Source: Octopus vulgaris (Eukaryota). From it: a DNA stretch of 64,000 bases. Every line of letters begins with the position of its first letter. Position 1 is the stretch's first letter. The stretch is taken from assembly GCA_951406725.2 (NCBI GenBank), contig OX597821.1:114886001-114950000 (forward strand), read 5' to 3'. Under the pieces are notes generated by a model, which worked only from the letters and a program-made list of their open reading frames with translations, searched no databases and was not told the DNA's origin. Below, one piece after another: positions 52,150 to 63,042 of the stretch. A program made the translations under genes and the position numbers.

Positions 52150-52505
52150 AGTGTGCCCCCACCCCAACGATTTTATTTCCTCATAACTTTCCGAAAAATA
52201 GATATTTGAAAATGAATTTTTCTACAAATATTTTTCAGATGGTGTAGACTGCGATTATATCAAAATTTAATGTAAGAGGGAGATAGGGAGCGCTAATCGC
52301 GCACACATACATACTGACACGCATCACAACCTTTTTTTTTGTAGATATAAATGTGTGTCAGTATATATGTTTGCAACCGACAATTTTTTTTCACATTAAA
52401 TTCTGGTATAATCGTAATCTACATCATTTGAAAAAGAAATTTTCATCTCAAAAATATTCAGTTTTCTGAAAGTTATAAAAGAAACAAAGTTGGTGGGGAC
52501 ACATT
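52150..52505. mobile_element. MITE with long (about 120 bp) imperfect TIRs upstream of the ERI3 promoter; one-arm relative at 43235-43400
   Basis: GTGCCCCCACC..CATAACTTTCCGAAAAA..GATGGTGTAGA..AATTTAATGT mirrored by ACATTAAATT..TCTACATCAT..TTTTCTGAAAGTTAT..GGTGGGGACAC. Confidence 0.65.
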
Positions 52506-52854
52506 TGTTTAGGTATATCGTAAAAAGGGACGACTTTATAAATAATTATCCCCTCCTGATGGGGAAAAAGAAGAACAAGAATTTGGAAGGGTTTATTTTT
52601 CTTCATTTTATAATATTCCCGTGTTTCATTCAACAGGAATTACCATTCTGATAGAACTTTTTCCCTCAAAATTTTCAATTCTTAAAAATGTTTGCCTGTC
52701 AAATCCAGGTTCTTTCCTTTCCCCCATAAGCTAGTAATGACTATTCCGAAATTCTTCCACAAAAGACTTTAGATTTGCTTGCATAAAGCAAAAAAGACAG
52801 AGAATGTAAAGAATAAAAATGAAAGAGTGGAATCTAATCGGACAAGTAATGAAA

Positions 52855-52902
52855 CCGGAAGTAGAATGACATAACAGGAAGTAAAAGAAAATAACCGGAA
52901 GT
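52855..52902 (+). promoter_or_regulatory. Cluster of three ETS/GABP-type motifs in the ERI3 proximal promoter
   Basis: CCGGAAGT 52855-52862, CAGGAAGT 52875-52882 and CCGGAAGT 52895-52902, 83-130 bp upstream of the ERI3 ATG; no obvious TATA box. Confidence 0.6.
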
Positions 52903-52984
52903 AGTACTAAGCTTCATTTGTATACAAATGTTATTCATTTCCTGTTGAAAGCCAAACTTTCTTCGGAAACTAAAATTCTATAAT

Positions 52985-53128
52985 ATGTCTGCAGCACATC
53001 GAAATGTCCTCAAGCAAAGCGTGTTCATGGCGAAAAACATAAAATCGGTTCGATCTGTAAGCTTTGATTATTTTCTGATTCTTGACTTTGAGGCTACATG
53101 TGACAACACAAGAAAAATACGTCCCCAG
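52985..53128 (+). CDS. ERI3: ERI3 coding exon 1 (48 aa, Exo I motif LILDFEAT)
   Basis: ATG at 52985, open to CCCCAG|GTaacc, phase 0. Confidence 0.88.
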
Positions 53129-56100
53129 GTAACCATGTGTTCGATTTTTATTTTGTAATTATTGTCAGCATTGATTGATTTTTGAATATATTTGATCTCC
53201 TCATTTATTGTAAACTGCTATCGTATTCTGGGTTATTATAATCAACGAGTGTCTATAGAACAAATAATATATGATAGAAATGTGTTTCATATGATAGGGG
53301 AGACAACACCACCAGCATGGTTATTCGACGTGCTAAAAATAGCTCCCTATACCCTTCAAATAAATACCCTACTGTTTGAAAATAAATGAAAGACACGGTA
53401 CATAATGCAGTCCTGAATAAAAATACAACAAATAAGGGAAGGATGGTGCCGACTGAAACGCTTCAGATTACTGATCCGCTTTGATCAAAGCTGACATATT
53501 CATCTAGTGTGTATTTCTAATTTCCCGATTTAAATTTTACGGACTTTTACGTCTTCGAAATGTTGAATTATAATTTTCAACTATGTAGTTAAAATATTAG
53601 ACTAAACAGCAATGTAACCAATGAGTATAATTTTAAAGCGTACCCTATTTATTTGTGTATAAGTTGCACTATTTTGCAAGTTGAAGGGTAAGACATTTTT
53701 ACACAAAGAGTTGGGGCTAATGCCGAAATTAGGGGTATGACTTATACAAGACTAAATACTGTAGCTACTGGTTACATTTGTTGACCTCGGCATTATTTAA
53801 TGTGTCCTTTCTGTCATTTTTGTAAAAGAGAATCTGACGCGAACTTTTCAGTGGTGTGGCCACGCTGAAATGAACCATGAGTAAAAGATAATAAAATGTT
53901 CCTCTCGATATATTTTTAGCTTTGATGGAACATTGATGCTGCTTAGGTTCTTGTAATTAGTTCTTGATGAGAAGACTCATACTCGTTCTTCGCGTTTTTT
54001 TGGGGGGTTTTTTCCAACAGAATTCAGTTCATGTCCAAAACATCTGGAGCTGATCAACAAGGGCGTAGCTAGGGTAAATGGCGCTCATGGCAAGCATCGA
54101 AATGTGGTAACTCGCCCCTCCCTCCTCAAAGTGGTGCCCAGGACATGTGCCCTGCTTGCCCCATCCTAGCTACGCCCCTGTTGATCAAGTATCTCGCCCT
54201 CCATTGAGGTTACCATTACCATGGTAACCAATAGTATAGTGAGAATTTACAAAAAAACAAAAGACGAAGACGGGTGTGTAAACAACTAACAGATATATTA
54301 GTTTAACATTCAGGAAGTGAGAAAGTCTTTTACGTTTCGAGCCTACACTCTTCGACAAAAAGGGACACAGAAATAACATGCGAGGGATTACTGTATACAC
54401 ACGAACACAGAGTGCACATTGCCTAAACTGCATTTCAAAGAATAGTCTTCTTGTTCAGATAGTCTATCACTGTAAGGGAGGTAATTCTGTCCACGGGTCG
54501 TAACTCGGTGAACTCGACATTTCAATAAATAATGGTGACTATCTTAAATTTGTTTCAAACACCAGCTTAATTAATTAATGAAAGCTAAATTATTTTACAA
54601 GATCAATCTAAATTCTTGGTTATTTCAAAACTAATTTAATCGTATAATTATATATTTCATTAGGAATATGGTCACTGAATAGAGAAACTTTATTGTGCAT
54701 AACAGTCCCTACCAGACAGAATGTCTTTCATCTTTCAGTGACTGAAACTTTTCAGAATAAAGGGGAATGCTTATTAGGTATTTGGGATTAACTCTGTTTA
54801 AAAATGGATTTCTGTTCTTTCTTGTAGGAAATCATAGAATTCCCTGTTTTGAAATTAAATTCTAAAACACTCGAGACTGAAGCAAGATTCCACAGATATG
54901 TCAAACCTCAAGTCAACCCTATTTTGACGCCTTTCTGCACTGAGGTAAGAATCTTATTTTAATATCTAACAAATCTTGTTGGAATCGTTATCTAACAAAC
55001 CACATCTTTTTGGAGAATTTATAAAACTAGACACAAGTTTCATAAACTACAAAATATAAATATCCACACGACCATACCAGAAACGTATCTGTTGCAACAC
55101 TTTTGAATGTACGTGAAGGTATTTAGAATGCCCAAACTTATTTCTGCAGATGTGCTTAGCACTGATGCTAATCAGTTTTATCAATAAGTGTAGGAGCGAG
55201 GTAAATGCAGTAAAAACAGGGGGGTAGTCAGTGTGGCCCCATTTCAGCAGCCCTTCAGAAATTAAACCTCCTTACGATACTCCCTGGGAGTCCATGGTAT
55301 GAAATTCATTATCATTGCTCCGGTTTGGTCGCCAATACCATGTATTTAGTTTAAAATATGCAGTAAAAATAGGGGTGCCAGTGGTTCCCCAATTAGGTAG
55401 CCCTTAAAAAAATAGACCCCCTTACAACATTCCCTGGGATTAGGGGAGTTGCTGGTTTGAGTTTTGTTGTCTTTGTGCCAACGGTCTAGGAGGAGTTAAA
55501 GAACATAAAAATGTAACAAACAGAGAAACATCACTCAGATTTAAAGTAGGATAAAAATTTCTTGTGTGTGCGTGTAGGTGCATGGCCTAGTGGTTAGGGT
55601 GTTGCAGTCATGATCAAACATTAGGTCTCACCGAGGCGATGACTAGTGACCGAGACCTTTGGAAGTATGCTGTGCATGAGAAGACCCGGCAGGACAAGTG
55701 AGGCCATAACCCATGGCCCCTACGTGGGATGTAGCCAGCCCACTTATGCATACCTTTCCTTCTTGGGACACAAAACTCTGCTTGCGAAGACCTGTTGAGG
55801 CAAGTGAAATCGAAATCGCTCAAAAGTCAATGGAAATTGTAGTTGTGATACCAGTGCCGGTGGAACGTAAAAGAACCATTCAAATGTGGCCGTTGCCAGC
55901 ACTGCCCCAAATGGCCTCTGTGCCGGTGGCACGTAAAAAGCACCAAGCAATCGTGGTCGTTGCCAGCCTCGCTTGGCACGTAAAAAGCACCCACTACACT
56001 CACCAAGTGGTTGGCATTAGGAAGGGCATCCAGCTGTAGAAATACTGCCAGATCAGACTGGGCCTGATGCAGCCTCCTGGCTTCCCAGACCCCAGTTGAA

Positions 56101-59100
56101 CCGTCCAACCAATGCTAGCATGGAAAGCGGACGTTAAACGATGATGATGATGATGATGATGATATCGTTGCTATTATGCAAAAGTGTCATAAATCCAAAA
56201 TGTTGCTTTTTCAGAAAACGAAAAAATAGTTCCACCATTCCATTTCTTATTACCTTAGCAACAGTTTCAGCTTAACAATAATACTTTGTTGGGTGTATAA
56301 ATCCATAACTCCATGCATGTATGATATTTTCAGTTGGAAATATTCTTGCAAAACTGTCATATGTGGGACTTACTACACTTTTGCAAAATCCTCAGCTGTT
56401 GTACTACATTTTGACACTTTTCGTCTGAAGCAGCTGGAGATATGATAGTTTGGCCAAAAGAACCAGCTATTGCAAGCAAAATTAAGTTTTGAAAACAACA
56501 CATTTGGACATATGACAGATTAACATAATAGCAACGATATATATATTTAACTCGGTGATTGGCATCCGTTGCTAGTGGAGCGCTAAGAGTACCATACGAG
56601 TGAGGTCGTTGCCAGAGCAACAAACTGACCTTTGTGCCGATGGCACCTTAAACACACCATTCAAGCGTGATCGTTACCGCGTCGCCTTACTAGCACTTGT
56701 GCTGGTGGCACGTGAAACATTCGAGTGAGGTCGTCGCCAGTGTCGCTGGACTGGCTCCTGTGCAGGTGGCACCATTTGGACGTGGCCGTTGCCAGTACCA
56801 CCAGACTGGCCCCTTGACTAAAGGCTGTGCTTCAGCATAGCCACAGTCAAAATGACTGAAACAAACAAAAGCGTAAAAGAACATATTTTGTGTATTGCAG
56901 AAGTGTATCCAATTTATTGCAGATAAATTTTAAAACCAAAATCTTATACGAAGCCCCACCCCCAGGGTCATATGAATCCTGGTTGAGAATCACTGCTCTA
57001 ACCCAAGCCAGCATGGAAAGACAAACGTTAAACTGACAAACAAGTGCACAGTCATACACACACCTCAGGCTACAGCACAGTTTCCCTCTGCCACAAATTG
57101 GTTGTCAACCCAAGGCTATTTTAAAAGACATTTGACATGCTTTCATAATTAATGTTTATTATTTTGTTTTCTTTCTATCTTCAGCTGACTGGAATCATAC
57201 AAGATATGGTCGATAACCAGGCATCTCTCGATGAGGTTCTTAAGGTATTCAAATAGTTTTTCTTTCCAATTATGTTAATCACTAAGGGGGGGGGGGGCTC
57301 CAGTTTCTATTTTATTTCATTTCCATTGATTTCCTCAGTTGCTACCATCAGGAATATTTAGACAAATTCTCATATTGCTTCTTTTAGAAAACAACCTGCA
57401 TTGGTGTTAGAAAGGGCACCAAGCTGTCATAACGCTTGGCCGTCCTCTGGCTCACCAGCACCTGTCAAACCATCCAATCCATGCTAGCATGAATAGTAGA
57501 TGTTAAATGATTGTGATAATAATGATGATGATGATAGTGGTGGTGGTGCTGGTGGTGGTGGTGGTGGTGGTGGTGGTGGTGGTGGTGGTGTTGATTCCTG
57601 GTATTTATGCTTGCTTTGCTTGGTCTGGCTGAGTTCCTTTCAAGCATTGGGCCTCACGGAGGCAATGACCAAGACTTTTGTCATTATGCCATGTTTAAGA
57701 AGACCCATCAAGCTGAGCAAAATCACAGTCATGGCAGATACCAGTGTCATGCAAATGTGCCAGTGGTACATAAAAACACCCATTACACTCTCGGAGTGGC
57801 TGGCGTTAGGATGGGCCGTCAGACTTGTGTTCCACACTGACATGGGTCAGACAGTTTGATAGGATCCAGCAAGCTTCAGAGGCCACTGGAGCCCCACTGT
57901 CTATTTTGGCCATGGTTTCTATGGCCAGATGCCCTTCCTAACACCAATCACTTTACAGCATGCTTTACTGGATGCTTTTTCTTGTGCCACCTGCATGACT
58001 ATATGTGTGTGGGAATTTGTGTGTCCCTTTGTCTTTGCATCCCTTGATGGTTGTAAATGAGCATCACCGTTATACAAGTGGGGTTGTTTGTTTGCAGTCT
58101 TGTATCAAAAATGTATTTGGCTGTGGAGAAATATTACAGGATTAGCAATAGGAAAGACATCTGGCCAGAGAAAATCTGACCCAATGAATTCCATTTGACT
58201 TATGCAAGTATGGAAAAGAGGATGTTAAACAATGATGGTAATGATGATGTGAGTTTCTCTGTATATTATCAACATCATCATTTAACGTCTGTTTTCTATG
58301 CTGGCATGGATTGGACCGTTTGACAAGAACTAGCAAGCCAAAAGACTGCACCAGGCTCCAGTCGTCTGTTTAGGCTTGGTTTCTATGGTTGGATGCCCTT
58401 CCTAATGCCAACCACTTTACAGAGTGTACTGGGTGCTTCTCATGTGGTACTGGCACCAGTGCTGCTCATGTGGTACTGGCACCAGTGCTTCTCATGTGGT
58501 ACTGGCACCAGTGCTGCTCATGTGGTACTGGCACCAGTGCTTCTCATGTGGAACTGGCACCAGTGCTGCTCATGTGAAACTGGCACCAGTGCTTCTCATG
58601 TGGCACGGGCATTGGTGTTCTTGTGGCACTGGCACCAATGCTTCTCATGCGACAAAGGCACAGATGCCTCTCATGTGACACTGGCACAGATGCTGCTCAT
58701 GTGACACAGTCATGGGTCCTTTTTCCATGACACTAGCATGGGTTCTTCCTATGTGGCACCAACCACATAATCTGTTTACAAAACAAAGATGATAATTGTA
58801 ACAGAACAAACTTACGGTTGAATCTCGTTAAGGTACAATTTTAAGGTCTTCCCCTCATTTTACACACTTCCTTATTAATTTCAATTTTACTGATTAACAT
58901 TTTACAGTTCCTCTCTCTCTCCATCTCCTTCTATTTCAGGATTTTGACCAATGGATGATTGATAATCATTTACTGCAGTCTGATAACAGTTTTGTTTTTG
59001 TCACGTGTGGTGATTGGGATCTGAAAATAATGTAAGAATTGTGTTTCTCATTTTTATCTTTCATCACAACTCAAGTCAACTGTTGCTTTTTCTTCTGTTT

Positions 59101-61157
59101 CCATTCTTGTTCATCATCATCATCATCATCTTCATCATTGTTGTCATGACCACTTTTCCATATCTGCATGGGTCAGGCTAACCCTTTCCTGTTCCAAGCA
59201 ATGGTCAGACATATTTTTGCAATATATTGGGAACTGAATGACACTGCTTGTACGACAGTGACACTCATTTACAACTATCACACAATGTCAAGACAAAGAG
59301 ACCCCTACATGCATTCACACACAAACATCCTCATCATCATTTAGTGCCTGTCTTTCATACGTTGGATGGTTTAACACAATGTGATGAGTTAAAGGGATGC
59401 ATCAAGTTCCAATTGGGATGGTTTCTATGGCTGGATGCCCTTTCTAATGCCATCCACTTTACGGTTTGTACTGGCTGCCTTTTTTTTTTTTTTTGCCATG
59501 GCATCAATTTAAAGGAAACAGGAATACATTATTTACATTTGACAGATATTTGTCCTCGTCGTTGCCAGAGCAGCCAACTGGCTCCATGCCGGAGGAACAT
59601 AAAAAGGGCACCATTCGAGCATGATCGTTACCAATGTCACCTTACTGGCACCTGTGCCGGTGGCATGTGTAAAAAGATTCGAGCAAGGTCATTGCCAGTA
59701 TCGCCTGATTGGCCCCATGCTGGTGGCACGTAAAAAGCACCCACTACACTCTCGGAGTGGTTGGCATTAGGAAGGGCATCCAGCTGTAGAAACTCTGCCA
59801 GATCAAGATTGGAGCCTGGTGCGGCCATCTGGTTCGCCAGCCCACAGTCAAAATCGCCCAACCCATGCTAGCATGGAAGGCAGACTTTAAATGATGATGA
59901 TGACAACGTTTCAGCTGATATACCCTCCAGCCTTCATCAGATGTCTTGGGGGAAATTTTGAACCTGGGTTCTCATTCCTGAGGTGTTTTTCGATGTTGTT
60001 GTTGTTGTTATTATTATTCAGGGCTCCGCTTGGAATCGAACTTGGAATCTTGGGGTTAGTAGCCCATGCTCTTAATCACTACGCCATATGCCAAAGGTCT
60101 AGGCATTACGTTCTGATGAATCTTCAACTTGTGATTATTCATCAGTAAAATCTAAGTTCCTCAAACTTGTAATTTTTAGTCATGTCTTCAACAAGTCCTT
60201 TAAATAAATGCTTTTTAGTAATTTAAATTTATATGGACAGAATATATAACACAGAACTATTAGAGACCTTCAATAAGTGTTTAGTTTGCTCTGACATCTG
60301 GAATGGTATTGCTGTTGTTTATGCAAACATCTTAGGTGCCCTCCTGAAAAGAGCCATCCATCTGGTAGGCATTAAGTCACTCACAAACATACTCCAGCCC
60401 CTCCATCTACAGATGTGCTGTATCCTCTCCCGCCACCTTTTCTACCACTACTATGATGGCCTCTGTTCCTCGGAGCCAACAGAGCTCATACCACTCCCAC
60501 TCACTCATTCCCACTTCACATGTCTCACCTCCTTTCATCACTCTCGTTATGTCCAACTCCCCACCTCCCACTGGCCCCACACTAATTACTGTGTGCACAG
60601 TCCTTCACAGAACATGATCCCTCTGGCATCTCCTTGTATATGTGGACTTAGAAAGATTCATGAGCAACATTAATTGTATCCATCTCACAGATCTGAGACA
60701 GCCATGGGCACTGTCCCTCCATCCAGATGCACCAAGTAAAAAACATAAAAACAATCCAAATTTTATTAGAATTTACTCCAATAGTTGCTTTTTAGAATTT
60801 TTTCAAATCTGTTCTCTTTTTCCCCTCCTACAAACTTTATTTTTATTTTATCTTTCCAGGCTTCCAGATCAGTGCAACCATTTCAGTCTTGAACGAAAAA
60901 CCTATTTCTCAAACTGGATTAATATCAAAAAGGTAAAACCCAAAAAATAATTCTATTACTTCCCATTAATTCACCATGAAATAAAAATACAGTTGATTGG
61001 TGCAGGCATGGGTGTGTGGTAAGAAGCTTGCTTCTCAACCATTTGGTTCTGGATTCAATCCCACTGCGTGGCACCTTGGGCAAACGTCTTCAGCTTTAGC
61101 CTCCAGTCAACCAAAGCCTTGTGGGTTGATTTGGTTAACAGAAACTGAAAGAAGTCC

Positions 61158-61196
<39 letters not shown>

Positions 61197-62266
61197 GATA
61201 TGGCCTGAAGGAGACAAAGTCGGTGAGTTCCTTCTGAGCATTGGGCCTCATGGAGGCAAAGTGGCTAAATCCCTTTTGAATGTTGGGCCTTATGGAGGTG
61301 AGGTGGCTGAGTTCCTTCTGAGTGTTGGGCCTCATGGAGGCAATGACCAAAACTTTTGGCATTATGTCATGCTTGAGAAGAAGATCCATCAAATTGAGCA
61401 AAATTGCAGTCATAGCAGATACCAGTGCCACATAAATGGCACCCATGCCGGTTGCACATAAAAGCACCCTTTACATTCTTGGAGTGGTTGGCATTGCATC
61501 CAGCTGTAGAAAACCATGCAAAATCAGTCTGGAGCTTGATGCAACCTTCCAGTGTACAAGTTTGGTCGAACCATCCAACCCATGCCAGCATGGACAATGG
61601 GCATTAAATGATGATTATATATATTTGGGCCGACCAAAGCCTTGTGAGTGGATTTGGTAGACGGAAACTGAAAGAAGCCTGTCATATATATGTATGTGGG
61701 TGTTTGTGTGTCTGCTTGTCCCCCCAACATCGCTTGACAACCAATGCTGGTGTGTTTACGTCCCCGTAACTTAGCAGTTCGGCAAAAGACCGATAGAATA
61801 AGTACTAGGCTTACAAAGAATAAGTTCTGATATCAATTTGCTCGACTAAAGGCAGTGCTCCAGCATGGCCACAAGTCATATGACTGAAACAATTAAAAGA
61901 ATAAAAGAAAGTCGATCATCATCATCATCATTGTTTAACGTCTGTTTTCCATGCTGGCATGGGTTGGACGGTTTGACCAGGGACTGGCAAGCAAGGAGGC
62001 TGCACCAGGCTCCAATCTGATTTGGTAAAGGTTCTACAGCTGGATGCCCTTCCTAATGCCAACCACTCCAAGAGTGTAGTGGGTACTTTTACATGCCACC
62101 ATATTTTGTTATGAACTTCCTTTTATGCTTCCATCTTGTTTTCTGATAAATATTTTCATTCATTTGCAGATTTTTGCCAATTCCACGTCAAAATGGCCTC
62201 GAGGTCTGTTGAATATGTTGGAACATTATAGGCTACCACATATTGGACACCACCATAGTGGAATTG
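52985..62266 (+). CDS. ERI3: ERI1 exoribonuclease 3 (DEDDh 3'-5' exonuclease), spliced and 3'-incomplete: join(52985..53128,54828..54944,57185..57244,58940..59031,60860..60932,62170..62266)
   Basis: Six GT-AG exons join in frame (583 nt): MSAAHRNVLKQSVFMAKNIKSVRSVSFDYFLILDFEATCDNTRKIRPQ/EIIEFPVLKLNSKTLETEARFHRYVKPQVNPILTPFCTE/LTGIIQDMVDNQASLDEVLK/DFDQWMIDNHLLQSDNSFVFVTCGDWDLKIM/LPDQCNHFSLERKTYFSNWINIKK/IFANSTSKWPRGLLNMLEHYRLPHIGHHHSGI. Exo I (LDFEAT), Exo II (CGDWD) and the start of Exo III (HSGI-D) are present, and PQEIIEFP, LTPFCTELTGI and HSGI match ERI3 as I recall it. Confidence 0.93.
54058..54180. mobile_element. Short GC-rich hAT-like MITE in ERI3 intron 1; similar short elements at 38938-39104 and 39151-39293
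   Basis: TIRs CAAGGGCGTAGCTAGG / CCTAGCTACGCCCCTG; flanks CTGATCAA / TTGATCAA. Confidence 0.72.
54828..54944 (+). CDS. ERI3: ERI3 coding exon 2 (EIIEFP...TPFCTE)
   Basis: ttctttcttgtAG|GAA...GAG|GTaaga, 117 nt, phase 0/0. Confidence 0.95.
55610..56162 (+). mobile_element. Family-C SINE, long form
   Basis: Internal repeated GTGCCGGTGGCACGTAAAAAGCAC units and (GAT)n tail. Confidence 0.82.
57185..57244 (+). CDS. ERI3: ERI3 coding exon 3 (LTGIIQDMVDNQASLDEVLK)
   Basis: ctttctatcttcAG|CTG...AAG|GTattc, 60 nt. Confidence 0.94.
58432..58705. repeat. 26-bp minisatellite TGGTACTGGCACCAGTGCT(G/T)CTCATG, about 10 units decaying rightwards
   Basis: Unit starts at 58445, 58471, 58497 and onward; it begins directly inside a family-C SINE. 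Confidence 0.92.
58940..59031 (+). CDS. ERI3: ERI3 coding exon 4 (DFDQWM...TCGDWDLKI)
   Basis: ctatttcAG|GAT...ATA AT|GTaaga, 92 nt, phase 0/2, carries Exo II motif. Confidence 0.94.
59525..60092 (-). mobile_element. tRNA-headed hammerhead SINE-like element split by an inserted family-C SINE (about 59560-59900)
   Basis: Head 60020-60092 and hammerhead module 59903-59990 (minus GACATCTGATGAAGGCTG..CAGCTGAAACGTTG); the tail resumes at 59525-59560. Confidence 0.72.
59560..59900 (+). mobile_element. Family-C SINE in ERI3 intron 4
   Basis: Diagnostic tail; closely matches the inverted copy at 62455-62710. Confidence 0.82.
60290..60740 (+). mobile_element. Decayed CR1/L2-group LINE 3' fragment
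   Basis: CSDIWNG..KRAIHLVG..LQPLHL..LFYHYYDG.CSSE resembles the C-terminal region of CR1-group ORF2; clade assignment is tentative. Confidence 0.45.
60860..60932 (+). CDS. ERI3: ERI3 coding exon 5 (LPDQC...WINIKK)
   Basis: tctttccAG|G CTT...AAG|GTaaaa, 73 nt; completes the split ATG codon from exon 4. Confidence 0.93.
60998..61910 (+). mobile_element. Family-A SINE segments (60998-61200, 61625-61910) flanking a family-C SINE (61200-61615)
   Basis: Family-A head and body, then family-C sequence ending in (GAT)n, then family-A body and tail. Confidence 0.72.
62170..62266 (+). CDS. ERI3: ERI3 coding exon 6 (IFANS...HHHSGI)
   Basis: catttgcAG|ATT...ATT G|GTaagt, 97 nt, phase 0/1; the next exon (expected DD...) was not found in the window. 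Confidence 0.92.
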
Positions 62267-62454
62267 GTAAGTCTCCAGATCCTTCGTATATTCAAGAACT
62301 ACCATTATTGTGTCTTATTGAGTTTGGTTATAAATTTTATTTATTTCATTTTTTATGTCCTTTTATACATCCTAACATGGAGCAGATAGGTGGGTTTTTT
62401 TTTATCTATTTAGATGTTTGCTTATTTTTAGAGAACATGTAGTATAACTGGATG

Positions 62455-62710
62455 ATCATCATCATCCCCATTTAACGTCCGCTTTCCATGCTAGCATTGG
62501 TTGGACGGTTTTGACTGAGGGCTGGCGAACCAGATGGCTGCACCAGGCTCCAATCTTGATCTGGCAGAGTTTCTACAGCTGGATGCCCTTCCTAATGCCA
62601 ACCACTCCAAGAGTGTAGTTGGTGCTTTTTACGTGCCACCGGCATGGGGGCCAGTCAGGCGATACTGGCAATGACCTCGCTCAAATCTTTTTACACATGC
62701 CACCAGCACT
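62455..62710 (-). mobile_element. Family-C SINE in ERI3 intron 6 (another minus copy at 61915-62100)
   Basis: Reverse complement of 59655-59900 with few mismatches. Confidence 0.82.
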
Positions 62711-62965
62711 AAGCTTCACATATTTTAGTAGGTGTGGAGCCTGTCATCCATGAAGAAGACTAAAGCAAGCAGCTGTATCTTTACTTCTGTTTTTCCTTGC
62801 TAGCATGGGTTAGATCAGTACATTATTGAAGTATTGTTTTACAGCTGGGTGCCTTTCTTGTTACTAACCCTTGTTCTTCAAGTGAGGGACTTCTTATTTC
62901 ACATGGGCTGAAGGTACAGAGTCAGCAGACAGGAGACAGGACAGCATCTCTCTGCTCTTAGAGTG

Positions 62966-63042
<77 letters not shown>

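Noticed and set aside
58432-58705. CRISPR-like palindromic 26-bp repeats
   Set aside because: No unique spacers, eukaryotic intron, no cas genes; it is a tandem minisatellite.
60642-60950. 102-aa single-exon ORF (and the 105-aa ORF at 62125-62442)
   Set aside because: Only the embedded ERI3 exons are coding; the rest is intron read-through.
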